A stretch of 62,579 bases of DNA, filler included, from Rhabdomonas costata (GCA_019059605.1; 27 parts of 27 records of this genome joined end to end with filler, not necessarily neighbours in it); one strand, 5' to 3'; numbered from the whole stretch's first letter, positions 1-13,109 are shown. Made by a program: numbers and translations. Notes: a model not told the origin generated them from the letters alone.

Positions 1-1257
1 AACCAAGGCCCTGGAAGGTCGCATGCCGCTTAGCCAACCTGCACACGGTAGTTGTTCCTCCTTCTGAACCGGATTATATTGTCAGACGGTTCGGCGGACC
101 AAATCCGTGGCTATACGTGGCCATAATGTCACGTGAAAAGCGCCCTGGGTGGTGTAACTCGGTTCCAGCGTGTTTGGACCACCAAAACGGAAGTAAAAAA
201 ATAAGGCCCCACCACCGCGTACTCTTATCAGAAACATGTTGATCGGTACCGGAACCCAGTTCGCCGGCCACTCGTCAGCAGCTCTGTTAGCGGAGGAGTG
301 GGGGTAAGCAAGTCGGGGTTTGTGCGCCCAAAAACCCCCTTCGAGGGGCTAAATGCGGAAATGCAATGGCGGGGTCCGTGGGTTCAGCCGTCATAGGTAG
401 AACGGCTGAGGCTTTGCAAGTGGTCCGCTGCTGGATCGGCGGCTTTGGCCACGCAAGCCGGCCAACCTCACGCACAACCAGAATCAGCGCAGACCAGGTC
501 TTTTCGGTCTCAGGTTGCCCGCTTCATCGCCTACGCACTGACTGTAACTTGTGCTGCTAGCCGGTGTATGTTTCAAACTTCCCTTGTTTTAAAAGCCTTC
601 GCCTGTCTTCCTCCTGCTATGGACAGAGTTAAAACGCGTTTGCCACCTTTGAGCGCCCGGTGCCGCAGAGAAAAAAAACCAGAACTTACTGTCTGAAACC
701 GCCCTCAGTTCGCAAAGAACAAACCACCATCCCCAAGCTTTGCTTGAATATGCGGAGTGGGAATGCGTATCCACAACATTCAACTGAAGCTTTGCTTGAA
801 TCCAACGTCCACGGCTGCTGCGGCTACGATTCGAGACACAACAGGCGACCACGGGATCCATCCCACTCTCAGATGCTCAGCAGAAAACGACGTACAACAA
901 TAGGAGGGACAATGCAGGATGAGTGTCCCAGGTTGTCCATGCCACTACAGAGAAGCTGATCCGGACCATACAACCACATAGTCCACCACAGGCGAACGCT
1001 ACGTAAGGGGCTCAGCTTCTCAGTCCATGATCCAACGGCCAACTACCTCCCCTTCCTCCTTTCTCCGGATAGGACGATAGCGGAAGGGAAGAGACACAAA
1101 GAAAGTGCTGAGGCTATCGGCATGCCAAAAAGGGACGGCAAACAACGGTAGACGGTGGAGTGACAGCAAACCACAACATACAGCATGGTAGTGTTGCGGT
1201 GGGGTCTTCCCAAATAATGACAGTGCACACCACGTGATGCCATGAACGACCCAGACA

Positions 1258-1567
1258 TCACCAGATTATCCCCGAGGAGATGACCTTCATCCGGTACTTC
1301 GTCTCGTCGCTGGAGATGATAGGGAAGCGGGTCTTGGTTGTGCTGCTCAGAGTGAGCCCAGGGGCGGGTGGGGAGATGATCTTCGCAGACAGAGAGGAAT
1401 GGGCCTGGCGCAGGAAGGCCTCGCGCTCTGGGGAGAGTGAGCGGGCCCACCCGACCTCGTGGCTGGAGAGTACAGGGGTGTGCCACTGCAGGTTGGGGTC
1501 GGCGTGGTCCCGGCAGTGGCCTTGGGTCTTCTCGTGGTGCAGCTTGCGGTGGGAGCGGTACAGGCTC
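1258..1567 (-). CDS. Terminal exon of a putative axonemal microtubule-inner protein (CFAP144/FAM183-like motifs)
   Basis: Acceptor TTTTCCCAG, then an open frame SLYRSHRKLHHEK...QWHTPVLSSHEVGW...TRFPIISSDETKYRMKVISSGIIW* (not in the ORF track). The PxxSSxExGW and SxETKY motifs resemble FAM183-type MIPs (recall). Confidence 0.5.
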
Positions 1568-2223
1568 CTGGGAAAAGAAGCCCCAGTCCTTTAACTGACG
1601 CAGACCTCTTCCAAATAGGACAACTCTAGGACAACTAGGCTCTGAAGGTATGAGGAGGTACCCTACACCAAATTTGAAGGTGATGCAAATCAAAGCACAG
1701 GTATGGAATGTTCGCTAAAAGAGTCGGAGGCATCAAAGCCCCTTCGCGCAATCCAAACCTTGAAAGACCTCATCCCATCCACCTATCCACCCCACCGTTG
1801 GCTGGCTTTCGCCAGACCTGCTGGGGGACTGCGAGGATGCAGTGGCCTGCAGCGAAGGGAAATTGGAGCTGGACGATTGAGCGGAAGAGGCCGACAGAGT
1901 CTTCGACGTCAGCAGCAAATTCTAAATGTAAAAGGCAACGGTTCAGGACTACACCATCCCAATACCGAAATCGAAACCGAAACCGAACGAAATCAACACC
2001 ACAAAAAAGTGTATAAAGTCCGGAGCTATGCAGGAAACTCTGGAAAATGTCTGGTCTGGTCTTTCAAACGGGCCAAGATGCATCCTCGCAAGCGTTGTTG
2101 TTGTGAGGATCAAGAGATTCTCACAACAACAACGGACCAAAACATGCAGAAGAAAACCTTGGGACCCAACACCCTTACATTCACGAAATGAGGTAGAGAT
2201 AATGTTCATTGCTACACAAACAC

Positions 2224-2323
2224 NNNNNNNNNNNNNNNNNNNNNNNNNNNNNNNNNNNNNNNNNNNNTTAATTAATTAANNNNNNNNNNNNNNNNNNNNN
2301 NNNNNNNNNNNNNNNNNNNNNNN
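2224..2323. other. Artificial scaffold spacer (first of 26): N44-TTAATTAATTAA-N44
   Basis: An identical 100-nt spacer with stops in all six frames recurs 26 times. Contigs: 1-2223, 2324-4547, 4648-6872, 6973-9194, 9295-11514, 11615-13837, 13938-16161, 16262-18480, 18581-20803, 20904-23124, 23225-25443, 25544-27766, 27867-30088, 30189-32410, 32511-34732, 34833-37054, 37155-39376, 39477-41697, 41798-44016, 44117-46338, 46439-48662, 48763-50983, 51084-53303, 53404-55623, 55724-57940, 58041-60260, 60361-62579. Confidence 0.99.
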
Positions 2324-2583
2324 GGGTGTGTGGGTGAAACGGTTGCGATTGTTGCGGGCTACCAGTGGAATGTGTGCTTGCGTAGAACCCCCGAAAACAA
2401 CCCGCGACATCTGTTTTGCTGCTTTTTCTGGACTTTTGATGCTCTGCCCGGGACTGTCTGTATGGGGAATCCAGCGCGGTCATCATGGCCACGAAAGGCA
2501 TGCGGCACAACAGAGGCGCAAAGGCTGCCATTGTCACCGAGGGGCTGGTGTGTGACGCGCATGGGCACGAGCACGCGCAGTAC

Positions 2584-4447
2584 CGAAAGGCTACTCCAAT
2601 GCTCTCGTCGTAGCGCTGCAGCTCGTCCCACATCGCCATTGCATCCTCGACACGATTGTTCTCAATGTAAATCTGCAACCCACCAGAAAAGAACATTCCT
2701 CTCCCCCTGTCAACCCGGGGCGGACTTACCGATGTGTGTGTGTGTGTGTCTGTGTGCGTTTGTGAGTGAGTGAGTGAGTGAGTGAGTGAGTGAGAGTGAT
2801 TTTTGAGCACCTGCTGGGCCAAAGGAAAGTTCTGGTTTAGGATGGCCATCGCGGCCTGCACACTGAAGTGGGCGTAGCCGTTGACACGTTCCCGGCCCGC
2901 CTGCTGGGCAGCCTGCTCCGCAGAGGCCGCCAGGTCGTTGATCTCATTGAGTGCCCGGGCCTTCGCCACATCCCCTGCCCAACAAAAAAATACAAACCCC
3001 ACAGTGCTTAGCACAAGGCAGTGGGTTGGGGTGGGCTTCCTGGTCAACTTTTTTTCTCGGTCTTCTTCCCTTAGTTCTTTTTTTCTATTCCGGGCTGTGG
3101 TCATTGGGAAACCATATCATATATCGCCAAGGAGACACGTTTATTCGGATAACCCAGAAACCTGAAGCAAAGAGCTATATGATCTGAAAGACAGCAAGGC
3201 AAATAAACTAATAAAGGTACAGACACACACAGATAATCGTTTCGTAGTTCGTCAAAATCACCACACGATTACTGCATCATTGCCCAGAGAAACTTGATTA
3301 TGATCGACCTGCGACGGAGACGAAATTTAACAACATAAAAAACCAAAAAGGAGAAATCCCATGCAAATTTTTACCCCCCCCCCCCAAAAATATTCCTACA
3401 CAGGTTAACGTCGTCCGAAATTGGCAAAATTTTTTTCGCACAGTTATTTCCGCACTTATCTACATAAACGCGTCCACAGCGATAAAAATGGAAGGGAACA
3501 AGAGCCTGAGGGGAAATGTCCTCACCGGGGCAGTATGCTACAATTGCAAGATTGAAGCAAAGGCTCTGGATTAATGGTTTACATGCATGTTAAACCATGG
3601 GTTAGGGCCTGCCGACAAGAGCAGAGCGCAAAGGAGGGGGAACACGCTGCAGACCAAGGGCGGCGTAGCACCGCTCAGCAATGGTCATTCGGCCTTCCGC
3701 GGTGGCGACTCGAGAGAGGTGCATCCACATTGCTTCCGTCTCCGGAGTCAGTGCGATCTGCTCCAGCAGCTCGCACGCCCGCTCGTACTCCCTGCAGGGA
3801 AAAAGTTTGCATGGGGTTGGAGTGCGATATAATCTTGAGCAGATTATGATAATAAATAATGAGATTCATGTGACAGTGGGGACAAGTATTCCAACAGGGT
3901 GCCGCATCCCCTCCTGGCTGGATTACGCTCGCAGGAGAGGAGGAGAGGGTGGGGAAAGGCAAGTTCCTGTTGTCCATGGCGTTGCCGAACTCGATCAGGG
4001 CCTCATCCAGAAGGTAGGTCACGGTGTGCACCCCCTCGTCGACCACCACCTCAGTCTTGCCCGGGGTGCGCTCGATGTCCTCAACTTGGCCTTTGAGACA
4101 GAGAGAGAGACCGAGACAGAGAGCACTGCAGAGCGTTGCAGCCTCGCCGGAAAAGAAACCTGCCCCCTCGTCCGCCTAGTCCACTCAGCAATGACAATTC
4201 CATTGGTCCAAAGCTGAAAAACGTTACGACAATGCTAAACAATAGCTCCCCACCCAAACCCAGGGGCAATTGCCCACCAGTGGTGGGGAGGGCATCATGG
4301 GGTACCTTTGATGGGCACCACGGCCACTCGGTCGGGGTTTTCGATGGAGTACCACACGCACAGCTCGTTGCGGTTCTGCGCCACTGCGACGTCCGAATCG
4401 GGCACCCACTGCACGTAGGAGCAGTACGACAGCAGCGTCGTGCACAC
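2584..4447 (-). CDS. IFT172: Intraflagellar transport protein 172, internal fragment (5 exons)
   Basis: Exons 4447-4306, 4090-3967, 3791-3655, 2974-2811 and 2672-2584 join in phase: [132 protein letters not shown]. This is colinear with known IFT172. Intron 3792-3966 is GA-AG. Confidence 0.95.
2733..2793. repeat. Compound microsatellite (TG)n/(TGAG)n in an IFT172 intron
   Basis: Directly visible. Confidence 0.9.
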
Positions 4448-7400
4448 CTGCGAAAAGGCAATAAAAAAGGCACTCCTCCCGGTTCAACGCCTCGGTGTCT
4501 GGCATTACGAGGGTCAACACCTTCACGGTGTGCGGCAACACACAACANNNNNNNNNNNNNNNNNNNNNNNNNNNNNNNNNNNNNNNNNNNNTTAATTAAT
4601 TAANNNNNNNNNNNNNNNNNNNNNNNNNNNNNNNNNNNNNNNNNNNNGTGTTGTTGGGGGTGGCGAAACTAACACAACACTCTGCAACCCACTGCGTGCA
4701 AGAGCCGTGCCGGGCCCAGGCGGCGCACTAGCAAACTCGGAACCCCAGGGAGAACCGCTCACAGGCAAGTAGGTTGTCCCTTCATTTTATTTCACAACGG
4801 CGTCCCGTTGCTCCGCTTCGTTTCGGGAAACGCCCTGTTGGGGTTTAAAATAGTGCAGGAGACCACAAGGACTTAGAACCAGAATTTCAATTTTCACAGA
4901 CGGGTTTCACAGTCATAACAGAGAGGTCACAGAATATCCGGCCGAGACTGAAAATTGCCATCTACCCGTGAACAAAGCACTAGCATTGAACAAACGATGT
5001 CACCAGCGCGCAAGCGCACGAAAAGAGGTCCGATGCCGAAAACGAACACACGCACACACACACACACACACACACACCAACACATACTCGGGGCACCTTC
5101 TGGTATTCTCATCTATCTCGTCTACAATTGAGGCGGAGAGCTTCTTGAAGTTAAGAGAGAGAGGAGGAAAAGACCAAGGGTCTCCCGCTACCAGGAACGC
5201 AAGGGTAAAATGACCACATCAAACAGCATTACGGTTAAATTAAACAGAAAACTCACATGCGGGTCAGCAATGAGTGTGGGAGGTCGAAAACGTCAAAATG
5301 AAAATGCAAGCCCCGCGTCACCTTCGCGTCAGTGGCGAAGGTCGATTCCTACTGTGCCATTCCGACCGAAAAATCTGCGAACATGAAACTCTGACATGTC
5401 TTGGTGAACTTCACTTCACTTCAGAAACATAATAATCACCGGCATTGACTGGGAGATCTAAATGATTCCAATGGGAGAAACCACACTCTTTCCCATTGTG
5501 CGGAAAAGGTACACTAATCCGATTGCTCTGCTCAAATTGATCAAGAAGAGCGGCGTTTGGCACACCTTCTCAACTTCCGCAGGAGGTTCACTTCGGTGGT
5601 GAAGTCCAGTGCCCTTGCCATGTGCGGAAGGATGGGCGGTTGGGGAGTAAAGAGGGCAGGGAGGGCACGGAGAAAGTCACTGCACGAAGATGATGACGAG
5701 TGGCAAAAAACCGCTGTGTTCTTGTCAATCCAAAAATCACAATCATCTGCCCCCCACCCCCACCCCACCCCACACACACAAAAAGACGCGAGCCGTCCAC
5801 AATGGAGAAAGGAGTATGAGTTCAACGTCGCACACACTGTTGGCGCCTGATTGGGAGACCTGGGGAACCCAAGCCATCCACACGTGAGGGGTCGAAATTC
5901 CAAAAGACAGGGAATCTTGCAGAACCACCATTCCCAACCGGCCAATACAATACAATGCTACTCAATTTATTCAAATTCACACACAGGGGCAAAGTGGGTA
6001 CGGGAGGCGAACACCGTTGAAAAAAATGTGCGAGCACCTCGTTTTTGACCTGGTTTAATTTCCAAATAAGGGGTGACACAATTTCAAAAAAAATCCACAA
6101 CACGGGGTGCCACTTGTGGAAAATGTGTGTGTGTGGGGGGGGAGTACCAGTGCTAAACGTTCGTAAGTTTTGTGAACCCCGCTCCCGCTTCAATTCTGTC
6201 TGTCTGTCTGTCTAGAGAATGAAAACACTAGGAGGGCAGCACTGAACGTTTAACAGCGCGAAACGGAGCTTCGCCCAATCCCAATCCAACCGCCGTGGCG
6301 CTGGCCTTTGACACTAAATTTTATCGCAAACCTGTCTGCCAAAGCTCAGCAGCTGGAATTCCAAAAAAAAATAAATCCACAAAGCCAAAAACGGTTGGTA
6401 GTGACTAACGTTGAAAGCCCCCCCCACACACACAATTGTCCCCACTGGGGGCCACAGTTGTCTCACCACTTTAATTTTTTGAGTTTTCAGGCGGACACAA
6501 ATGTGGTTCATATTTGTGTCAGAATTCTAAAGAACAAAACAAAGCGAGTGAAAACCTTCTCGCAAATGGGTGAAAGACAAAACAAAGCACGAGCAAAGAG
6601 TCTTTGTACAATCCGAAGGAAAAACGCAAACATCAGTCCAGCACAGCGTGCAGAGAGAAATGCGACTGGTGACGACGGTGGCCACGGTGCAGGCGTACCA
6701 ATTCAAACGCAGCGTGTTCCAAATCGCACAACTGTCCTCTCTTGTATTCACAAAGCATCCGTCGTCGATGCCTGCAAACGGCTTTTGATGAGGCCGTGCC
6801 AACAGGATGAAAATGCGCGGGCGACACAGCAGCAGGAAGAGCAGAATAAACAATCACTTTATCCACAAAAACNNNNNNNNNNNNNNNNNNNNNNNNNNNN
6901 NNNNNNNNNNNNNNNNTTAATTAATTAANNNNNNNNNNNNNNNNNNNNNNNNNNNNNNNNNNNNNNNNNNNNATCAGCAGCCTGAGAGATAGTGGGAAGG
7001 AGGGAAGGAGGGAAGGAGGGCTTCGGCTATTTCAGAAGCAGCGCGTGGTATGACGGACGACGAAGAGCAATCACAACACGTGCGCACACTTCAGGGAAAG
7101 AAAAAGCAAAAAGCAAGCGGACGGCACACAGTGCGGTCCTGTAACAAAGCAAAGACCGACGACGAAGCAAGCAGCAGAAGGTATTCCTCATGGCGCGACA
7201 CCTGTACACCTTGGCAAGAAAGTGGGTGGGTTGAGTGGAACTTGAAACCAAACACCAGACCAATATCGACAATGACCTGTCGATAAGGCGAATCCATAAG
7301 ACACCATGGCACATTAAGAACCCCGGGGACGGGGGTGGGGGAAGAATGTACAATTGGGCGAAGTGGATGGGAGGGAACCCAGAATTGCTGGCTGAAACAT

Positions 7401-8070
7401 GTGCGCACGCGCGGGCACATTGTGAAAAAACGAAGAAAAAAAGACAGGAGAGAGCAGAGATGCAAGAAAAAGGTGGCACATGGTCGAGGCAAAGGACTTT
7501 GGGGAATGGGAAGGGAGAGAGCCGCAGTTTTGGGCTATCGTCGGGTTTGTTAGGCACAACGCTGGGCGATATCTCGGGGGCCTTTCGGTGTGTGAGTGTG
7601 AGTGAGTGTGTGAGTATGTGTGTAAGCCTTTCTCCCAATAAGTTTGAGAGTATACGTGAATAGTGAGTTCGCCCTAAAACCCGAAGGGAAGATCACAAGG
7701 TTCCGGGGTGAGGGGAGAAACCCAAACAAAGATGGGAGAGGCTGAAAATGAGGGAGGGGGTTGGTCGTTGCAAGAACGCCCTCCTTCCCAGGAGGGCAAA
7801 ATTCGCGCTTCCGCAGGCTGCGTAAGGCAGGAGCGAAATCTTACCAAAATGTCATTCATGAACGGCAGCCTCCGAGCCCTCCCGTATCAGCCAGCAGACC
7901 ACCCATCCAGAGAACAAAAAAACGACACCAACACATATACAGCATGCTGTCCACCCGCTGGCCATACATCACACAAACGTTCCCTCAGCCTGTGAGCAAC
8001 GTAATAAAAAAACAGGCACAAGACTGGAATCATCAGAAGAGGGACCCAACCGCCATTCCCACGCTACCCA

Positions 8071-8388
8071 CTACAGGGCCACCACGCGGCCCAGCGCCGC
8101 ACTAAAGGACCGCCCGGCACTCTCCAGGGGAGGCTGCCGAACATCCCGAGAAACCGCGTGGGAGGGAGTTCGGGCCTCGATCACCCCAGAGGGTACTCGA
8201 CCGGGCATCGCCGAGGGTGATAGCACAGGGTGGGAGCCCACAACGGCTGAGGCCCCCCCAAAGCTTATCTGAGGCTCCCAGAAAGAGCTGCACAGCTTGC
8301 GGGAGGGCCGGCCAAGGGATCCATCCGCCACGGCGCCGTGGCTACCCATGAGGGCCCCAACCTCCACCAGCAGCCTCCGAGTGTGTCC
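8071..8388 (-). CDS. Possible terminal exon, hypothetical protein
   Basis: CACAG acceptor, then a GC-rich open frame GHTRRLLVEVGALMGSH...AALGRVVAL*. No homology recognised. Confidence 0.3.
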   Translation of the reverse strand, partial: GHTRRLLVEVGALMGSHGAVADGSLGRPSRKLCSSFWEPQISFGGASAVVGSHPVLSPSAMPGRVPSGVIEARTPSHAVSRDVRQPPLESAGRSFSAALGRVVAL

Positions 8389-8996
8389 CTGTGAGGATCA
8401 AACAGGTGCACTGTCAGAAGTTGTTGGCGTCCTATTTCACCTTTTTTGTTTGGTGATCGTTCGACGACCATTTGGAAATCATGGCTCAGCGATTGATCCG
8501 GAAACCACCTAGGTCAGTTTTGGCTGATCTCTTGAAACACGCAGCTGCGCGCTTCGAGACGAGCATTGAACGGAGAGTGCCTCCTTAGCTTAGTCCAGAA
8601 GTACTCTTCTTTTTCCAATGTCTGCATCCCTTTCTTTCCAAGAGGGATACGTAGCCGGTACCTGCTGGCCCACCCAGCAGCAGGCGTGGAGACACACCAT
8701 GGGCGAATTGGGCATTTGGGGACATTTTCTGGACCGCATGGTGAGCGTTGGTTTATTCCTATCTCATCGGGAAGCCTGAACGGGAACCTGAAGCCTGAAC
8801 GGGAAACCTGAAGCCCAACTCAAGCCACGCTGGTGGTGTTGGTGTGAACAGAACCTTCCCCCTTTCACCGCTGTCCTGATCACTCCCATGTACTTTTCTT
8901 TCTCGCTCCTTCCTCCATTTTTGGCAAATCCCACCCTGTAAATCCTCTGTAACTTCTTCTGCTTCCACCAAAACATTTAACATTTTAACATTGCTT

Positions 8997-9031
8997 TTCT
9001 ACAGTTCTACAGTTCTACAGTTCTACAGTTC
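8997..9031. repeat. 8-bp tandem repeat (TTCTACAG)x4; a ~19-20 bp tandem duplication lies at 8772-8815
   Basis: Directly visible. Confidence 0.85.
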
Positions 9032-9294
9032 TGCTCCTTCCGAAAAATATTGTTGCATCGCTTCCAGCCTAATTGTAAACGCTGCACTGTTGCAGTGATC
9101 AACCGCAATAGTTCTTTTATGCTGTTTATCGTTTAACACGACCCCCACAATCCCAAGTGTCCCAGGTCACGTTCTGTCGCAGTGCCCCAAACAANNNNNN
9201 NNNNNNNNNNNNNNNNNNNNNNNNNNNNNNNNNNNNNNTTAATTAATTAANNNNNNNNNNNNNNNNNNNNNNNNNNNNNNNNNNNNNNNNNNNN

Positions 9295-11353
9295 GGGTGG
9301 GGGGTGTTCGTGCGGCTGTTGCCGTTGCCCCCGGCGCAGGACAGCGCGAACACGGAGTCGGGCAGGCGGGCGGCGGCCTGAGAGTAAAGCAATAAGCCAA
9401 GAATGAAAAGAAAGTGAATAAACGAATCGCTCGCTGGGTCAATGCCGGCATCACATCTCAGCACCACAGGCACAGCATTGATGATCCAGAACACCCAAAA
9501 ATTGATAAAGAAGCGCTGCACAGAGCTCGTACGGATGAACGTTACAGGTCTGCCAGGAATGCAGCAGTGCAAAATGCTTGAGGACACCAGCGGTAACACG
9601 AGTGACAACGGACGACGCACGGAATGAGTGCATCTAAGCGAAGGTATATGTCCGTCTGTCGATGTGAGACTAGAGAGACCGGAGCTTGTACCTGCCACGC
9701 GGAGGACTTGTCCACAAGGGACTGGGCCGCCACAAGAAAGATGATGAAGCCGCTCTCAGTGCACAGCGGGGGCTTGTCTTCCTCACAGGACTTTTGGAAA
9801 GCCTAACAAAGAAATAGGGGACGACTTTTTGTGTGATGAAACGTACTGTTCGACAGCCCAAAGGTGCGACCCAAAAACGGCATCATTCCAAGGGGCTGAA
9901 AAAAAAACAGCGCGAAGGGTATTTGGGCTACGCGAATGAGAATATGGAAGAGTGCGCAAAGAAGAGTGGAGAGGGATGGCCCTCGCTGCCCCCCCCCCCA
10001 CATCTTCTCTTTGGAGTCAATTGTGAGTTCGGCTGCGACCGAAGGTGCTGGGGCACGCATTATATCAATATGGTCACCCCGTTGCTCTCAAGTTTCTGAT
10101 GACCTCCACTTCAACCACCGAAGGGTCATTTCTGAAGGACAAAACAATCAGACATACGGGAAGGGCGTCCTTCAGCCAGGCCCTGTCAAAGGCAATGGGC
10201 GCGACGGCGGTCACCGGGATGAACTGAATCCCGTACACGAAGAAGGGGTGATGGCCAAAGAACCTGTGACGCAAATAAGCAACAACGAGGCCCTGCCCCC
10301 ACCGTCACCCTGCAAGGCTGCGGAGAGTGCACACGATGAAATGATGGCTGCAGCAGGCAAACTCCCATCACCAGAACCCCAAGAAAAGAATTGCTTCAAA
10401 ATGGTTGCAAGCGTGCAGGTCCGGAGCCTTCCCGCAAGAAGAAAAGACTAAAAGTGGACGTTTGACATACGTCTGGTACTCAACGAGCCGCTCCCAGGCG
10501 ATCCCAATGAGGTCGTGCTTGTACTCCGGAGGATAAATATCAGAAGGAGTCTTCACCTAAGGCAGTCACCGCAAATTCAAACCGCAAACTCAATAAAAAA
10601 CGGAAAACAAGATAAAATAAGCATGCAACGGGATCTCGAGAAAAAGGGTTATCTGGGTAAGGCTGCTGGTGCTGCGGCTGCTGTGGCTGCTGCTTTGCGG
10701 CGCGCTGTTGCCGGGAAGCTTGCCTGGGTGATAATGAGCGCCGCTGAGGTTGCTGAGAAGACCGCTGGCAAGATGTACATTCATGCCGCAAAGCGGAGAG
10801 TGCACCTGGCATGCCTTTCACATCTTTCAATATCCGATATTCGTGCGCAGTTCAGGAGGTTCACTCGTGTTCACTACTGACTTGAACATCATCACCACCA
10901 CACTCGGAATATTACGCAAAATTGGTGCAGTTTCAAGAACATCAAAACGGTTTTCCAACAGAACCAAGCGGCGAACCCTTTCCCCTATTTTGTGTAGCAA
11001 CTGTATCTGAAGCGAGCTGTGCGACCTGCCAATAGGTCTGGATGCTCTGCGACTCCAGCAGGAGCAGCGTCTCCGCCGTGTACTTCAGGACAGAGTCCCG
11101 GGTGGCGGTCCCAAACAGGAACATTGCGTAGTGCGCTGTAGCAACGCAAGAGCCCATGCCAGGTCACGCCCCATACACGTAGAACAAGTAAGAAACCTGC
11201 GATCCCACTAGAGTTCTAAAGTGCGTGGGCCGAAAGTCCTCAACAAAAAAGGTGAGGGCGGGCGGCGCACCGTTGAGGGCTTCGCTGGCACTCTCCTGGT
11301 TGAGGCCATTGGGGTTCGCGACAATGCCGGAGGCCCATGAGTGACCCGCGTAC
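9295..11353 (-). CDS. Glycoside hydrolase family 81 endo-1,3-beta-glucanase, C-terminal catalytic part (6 exons)
   Basis: Exons 11353-11271, 11135-11026, 10556-10471, 10263-10158, 9802-9692 and 9377-contig end are all GT-AG and in phase: YAGHSWASG..NQESASEALN AHYAM..LESQSIQTYWQ VKTPSDIYPPEY..IGIAW..YQT FFG..YGIQFIPVT..GNSRTNT. GHSWAxG, the catalytic ExxxE and GNSRTN are GH81 motifs. Confidence 0.92.
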
Positions 11354-13109
11354 CTTTGAGTGCGGAAAGAACCGACAAAGCTCGATTTTAACATGCCCTA
11401 TCACACAGTAAAAAGGGTAAATAATTCAAGACATTTTTGCTTCTTTGTCACCAAAACTCCTCTTACCCTCCCCAAGACGAGGCTTACCCTTTTTTGTGTC
11501 GTTACCACCCCACANNNNNNNNNNNNNNNNNNNNNNNNNNNNNNNNNNNNNNNNNNNNTTAATTAATTAANNNNNNNNNNNNNNNNNNNNNNNNNNNNNN
11601 NNNNNNNNNNNNNNTTGTTGGGTGAAGGCGTCGGCCGCAACGGGCCAACAACAAGAACCGAGATAATTCGACGCGGAAGCGGGCCTAGAACCACCAACAT
11701 TGCATTTTGAGAGCGTCGAACTGGGTAGGGTTGTGCCTTTTTCCGCCAAAAAAGCGGGAAATCCCCCTTTCAGCCCCACCCATTTAAACCGAGATTTTAG
11801 GGATGCCCATTTTGGGGTCGGGTATCCCCAAAGAATCGGAAGTGGGTCGATGGAAAGATCGAGAAGGAATCGGGGATTCAAGCAAGTGATGGCTCACCGC
11901 CCAATCCAATACAGCGGCCGGACAACCCTGTTGAGTTGGACCTAATTCCTAGATGTCTTGAAAAATGGGCCTTTAAAAATTAACCAGTTGTATATTGACC
12001 GGACGTGGTCGGGAGTTTCGAAAAAAACGATGGGGTTTGGATGCGGTTTCGCGGTTGCGAAAAACAGTCGCGTGTTTGAGAATTTTCTGAGGCTCTGGGT
12101 TTTGGAGGCAAATGGCCTTGAAAAGGGGGCTTTTAGGCTTTGAAAAGGAACGGCAATGCGGTACTTCGGCCGCATGGACTAAGTCATGATTTCAAACTGC
12201 GCGGGTCCCCTAACTGGACCCCGGACGGCCCGTCGCGCACCGCGCTTGCTTGTTTTCAATCTGAAAGGCGGTGTTATGGGAGGGGCTGGCAACCCTTTTA
12301 TATCGCAGTCCCTATCTATCCCGATCGCAGGCCACCGGAGCGACGGTTTTTTTTTTAAGGACCACCAAACCATCGGTGAGACCTTTTTCGTGCTGGAGTA
12401 ATATTGTCTAAATAGGAAAAATACCATGTCAAAAACCAGTCATGTCCGTCTGATATATGAAAACTGGCCACCCGCTGTTCGAGAATACCAACCCATGAAT
12501 CTGGGTTGTTGGGCGGACAGCCGAATCCCTTCACTCGCAACGCCAGCGTTCGCGATTGTGAAACCATGGACAACACAAGCGAGCAATCCGAGGCAGTTTT
12601 GATCCAATACCAATTAATGTAAGCCGCAGAAGGCGTCTGGAGAGGACGTAAATGAACACATGCAAATCACAATCACTGAGTGGTGTGCAGGAAATGAATG
12701 GGAAAACGCTGTCCAGTTTCTGAAGTAACAGACACACAGACACAACGGCAGGCGGAAGAAGGAGAAAAAGGATGATGGAACAAACACATCGGACAGGCCT
12801 CCCACCCACTCACAGCTATGCGAAACTACAACGACAGGGAATAGATCGCACACAAAAGGCGTTGAGGAGGCAGGAGGGTTGGGATAGGAGTAAGAGAGCT
12901 ACACAAAGTTAGCGTCGAACATAGACGGAACGGAGGTGGACCTTTCAATGTTAAAAACAACTGGCAACTCGTCCGCGGCGAGGGCAGCGGATCGCGCCAA
13001 GGCCACAGCTTGCTCTGTGAGATGGTGGCATAGGCCTCCCCACATTCCTTCTTGCATAAGCCCATTTGAAACGAAAATCGCAGGTGGCGCACCTTCACGG
13101 TCCCTCTCA

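Noticed and set aside
2268-2279. Regularly spaced TTAATTAATTAA palindromes (CRISPR-like periodicity) and ORFs ending in X..LIN
   Set aside because: These are the artificial linkers between contigs.
5090-6800. Short exon-like pieces (MARALDFTTEVNLLRKLR; KLSASIVDEIDENTR)
   Set aside because: Phases could not be reconciled and no homology was recognised.
11136-11270. In-frame TGA between ORFs 11164-11394 and 10942-11157, suggesting readthrough, selenocysteine or an alternative code
   Set aside because: The stop lies inside a GT-AG intron (11136-11270); splicing restores GH81 colinearity. TGA and TAG act as normal stops in PFR2, NTMT1 and the dehydrogenase.
11880-11945. SPPNPIQRPDNPVE, faintly like the Tc1/mariner WPPNSPDLNPIE motif
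   Set aside because: The match is poor, there is no supporting DDE context, and it lies in a region of suspect quality.
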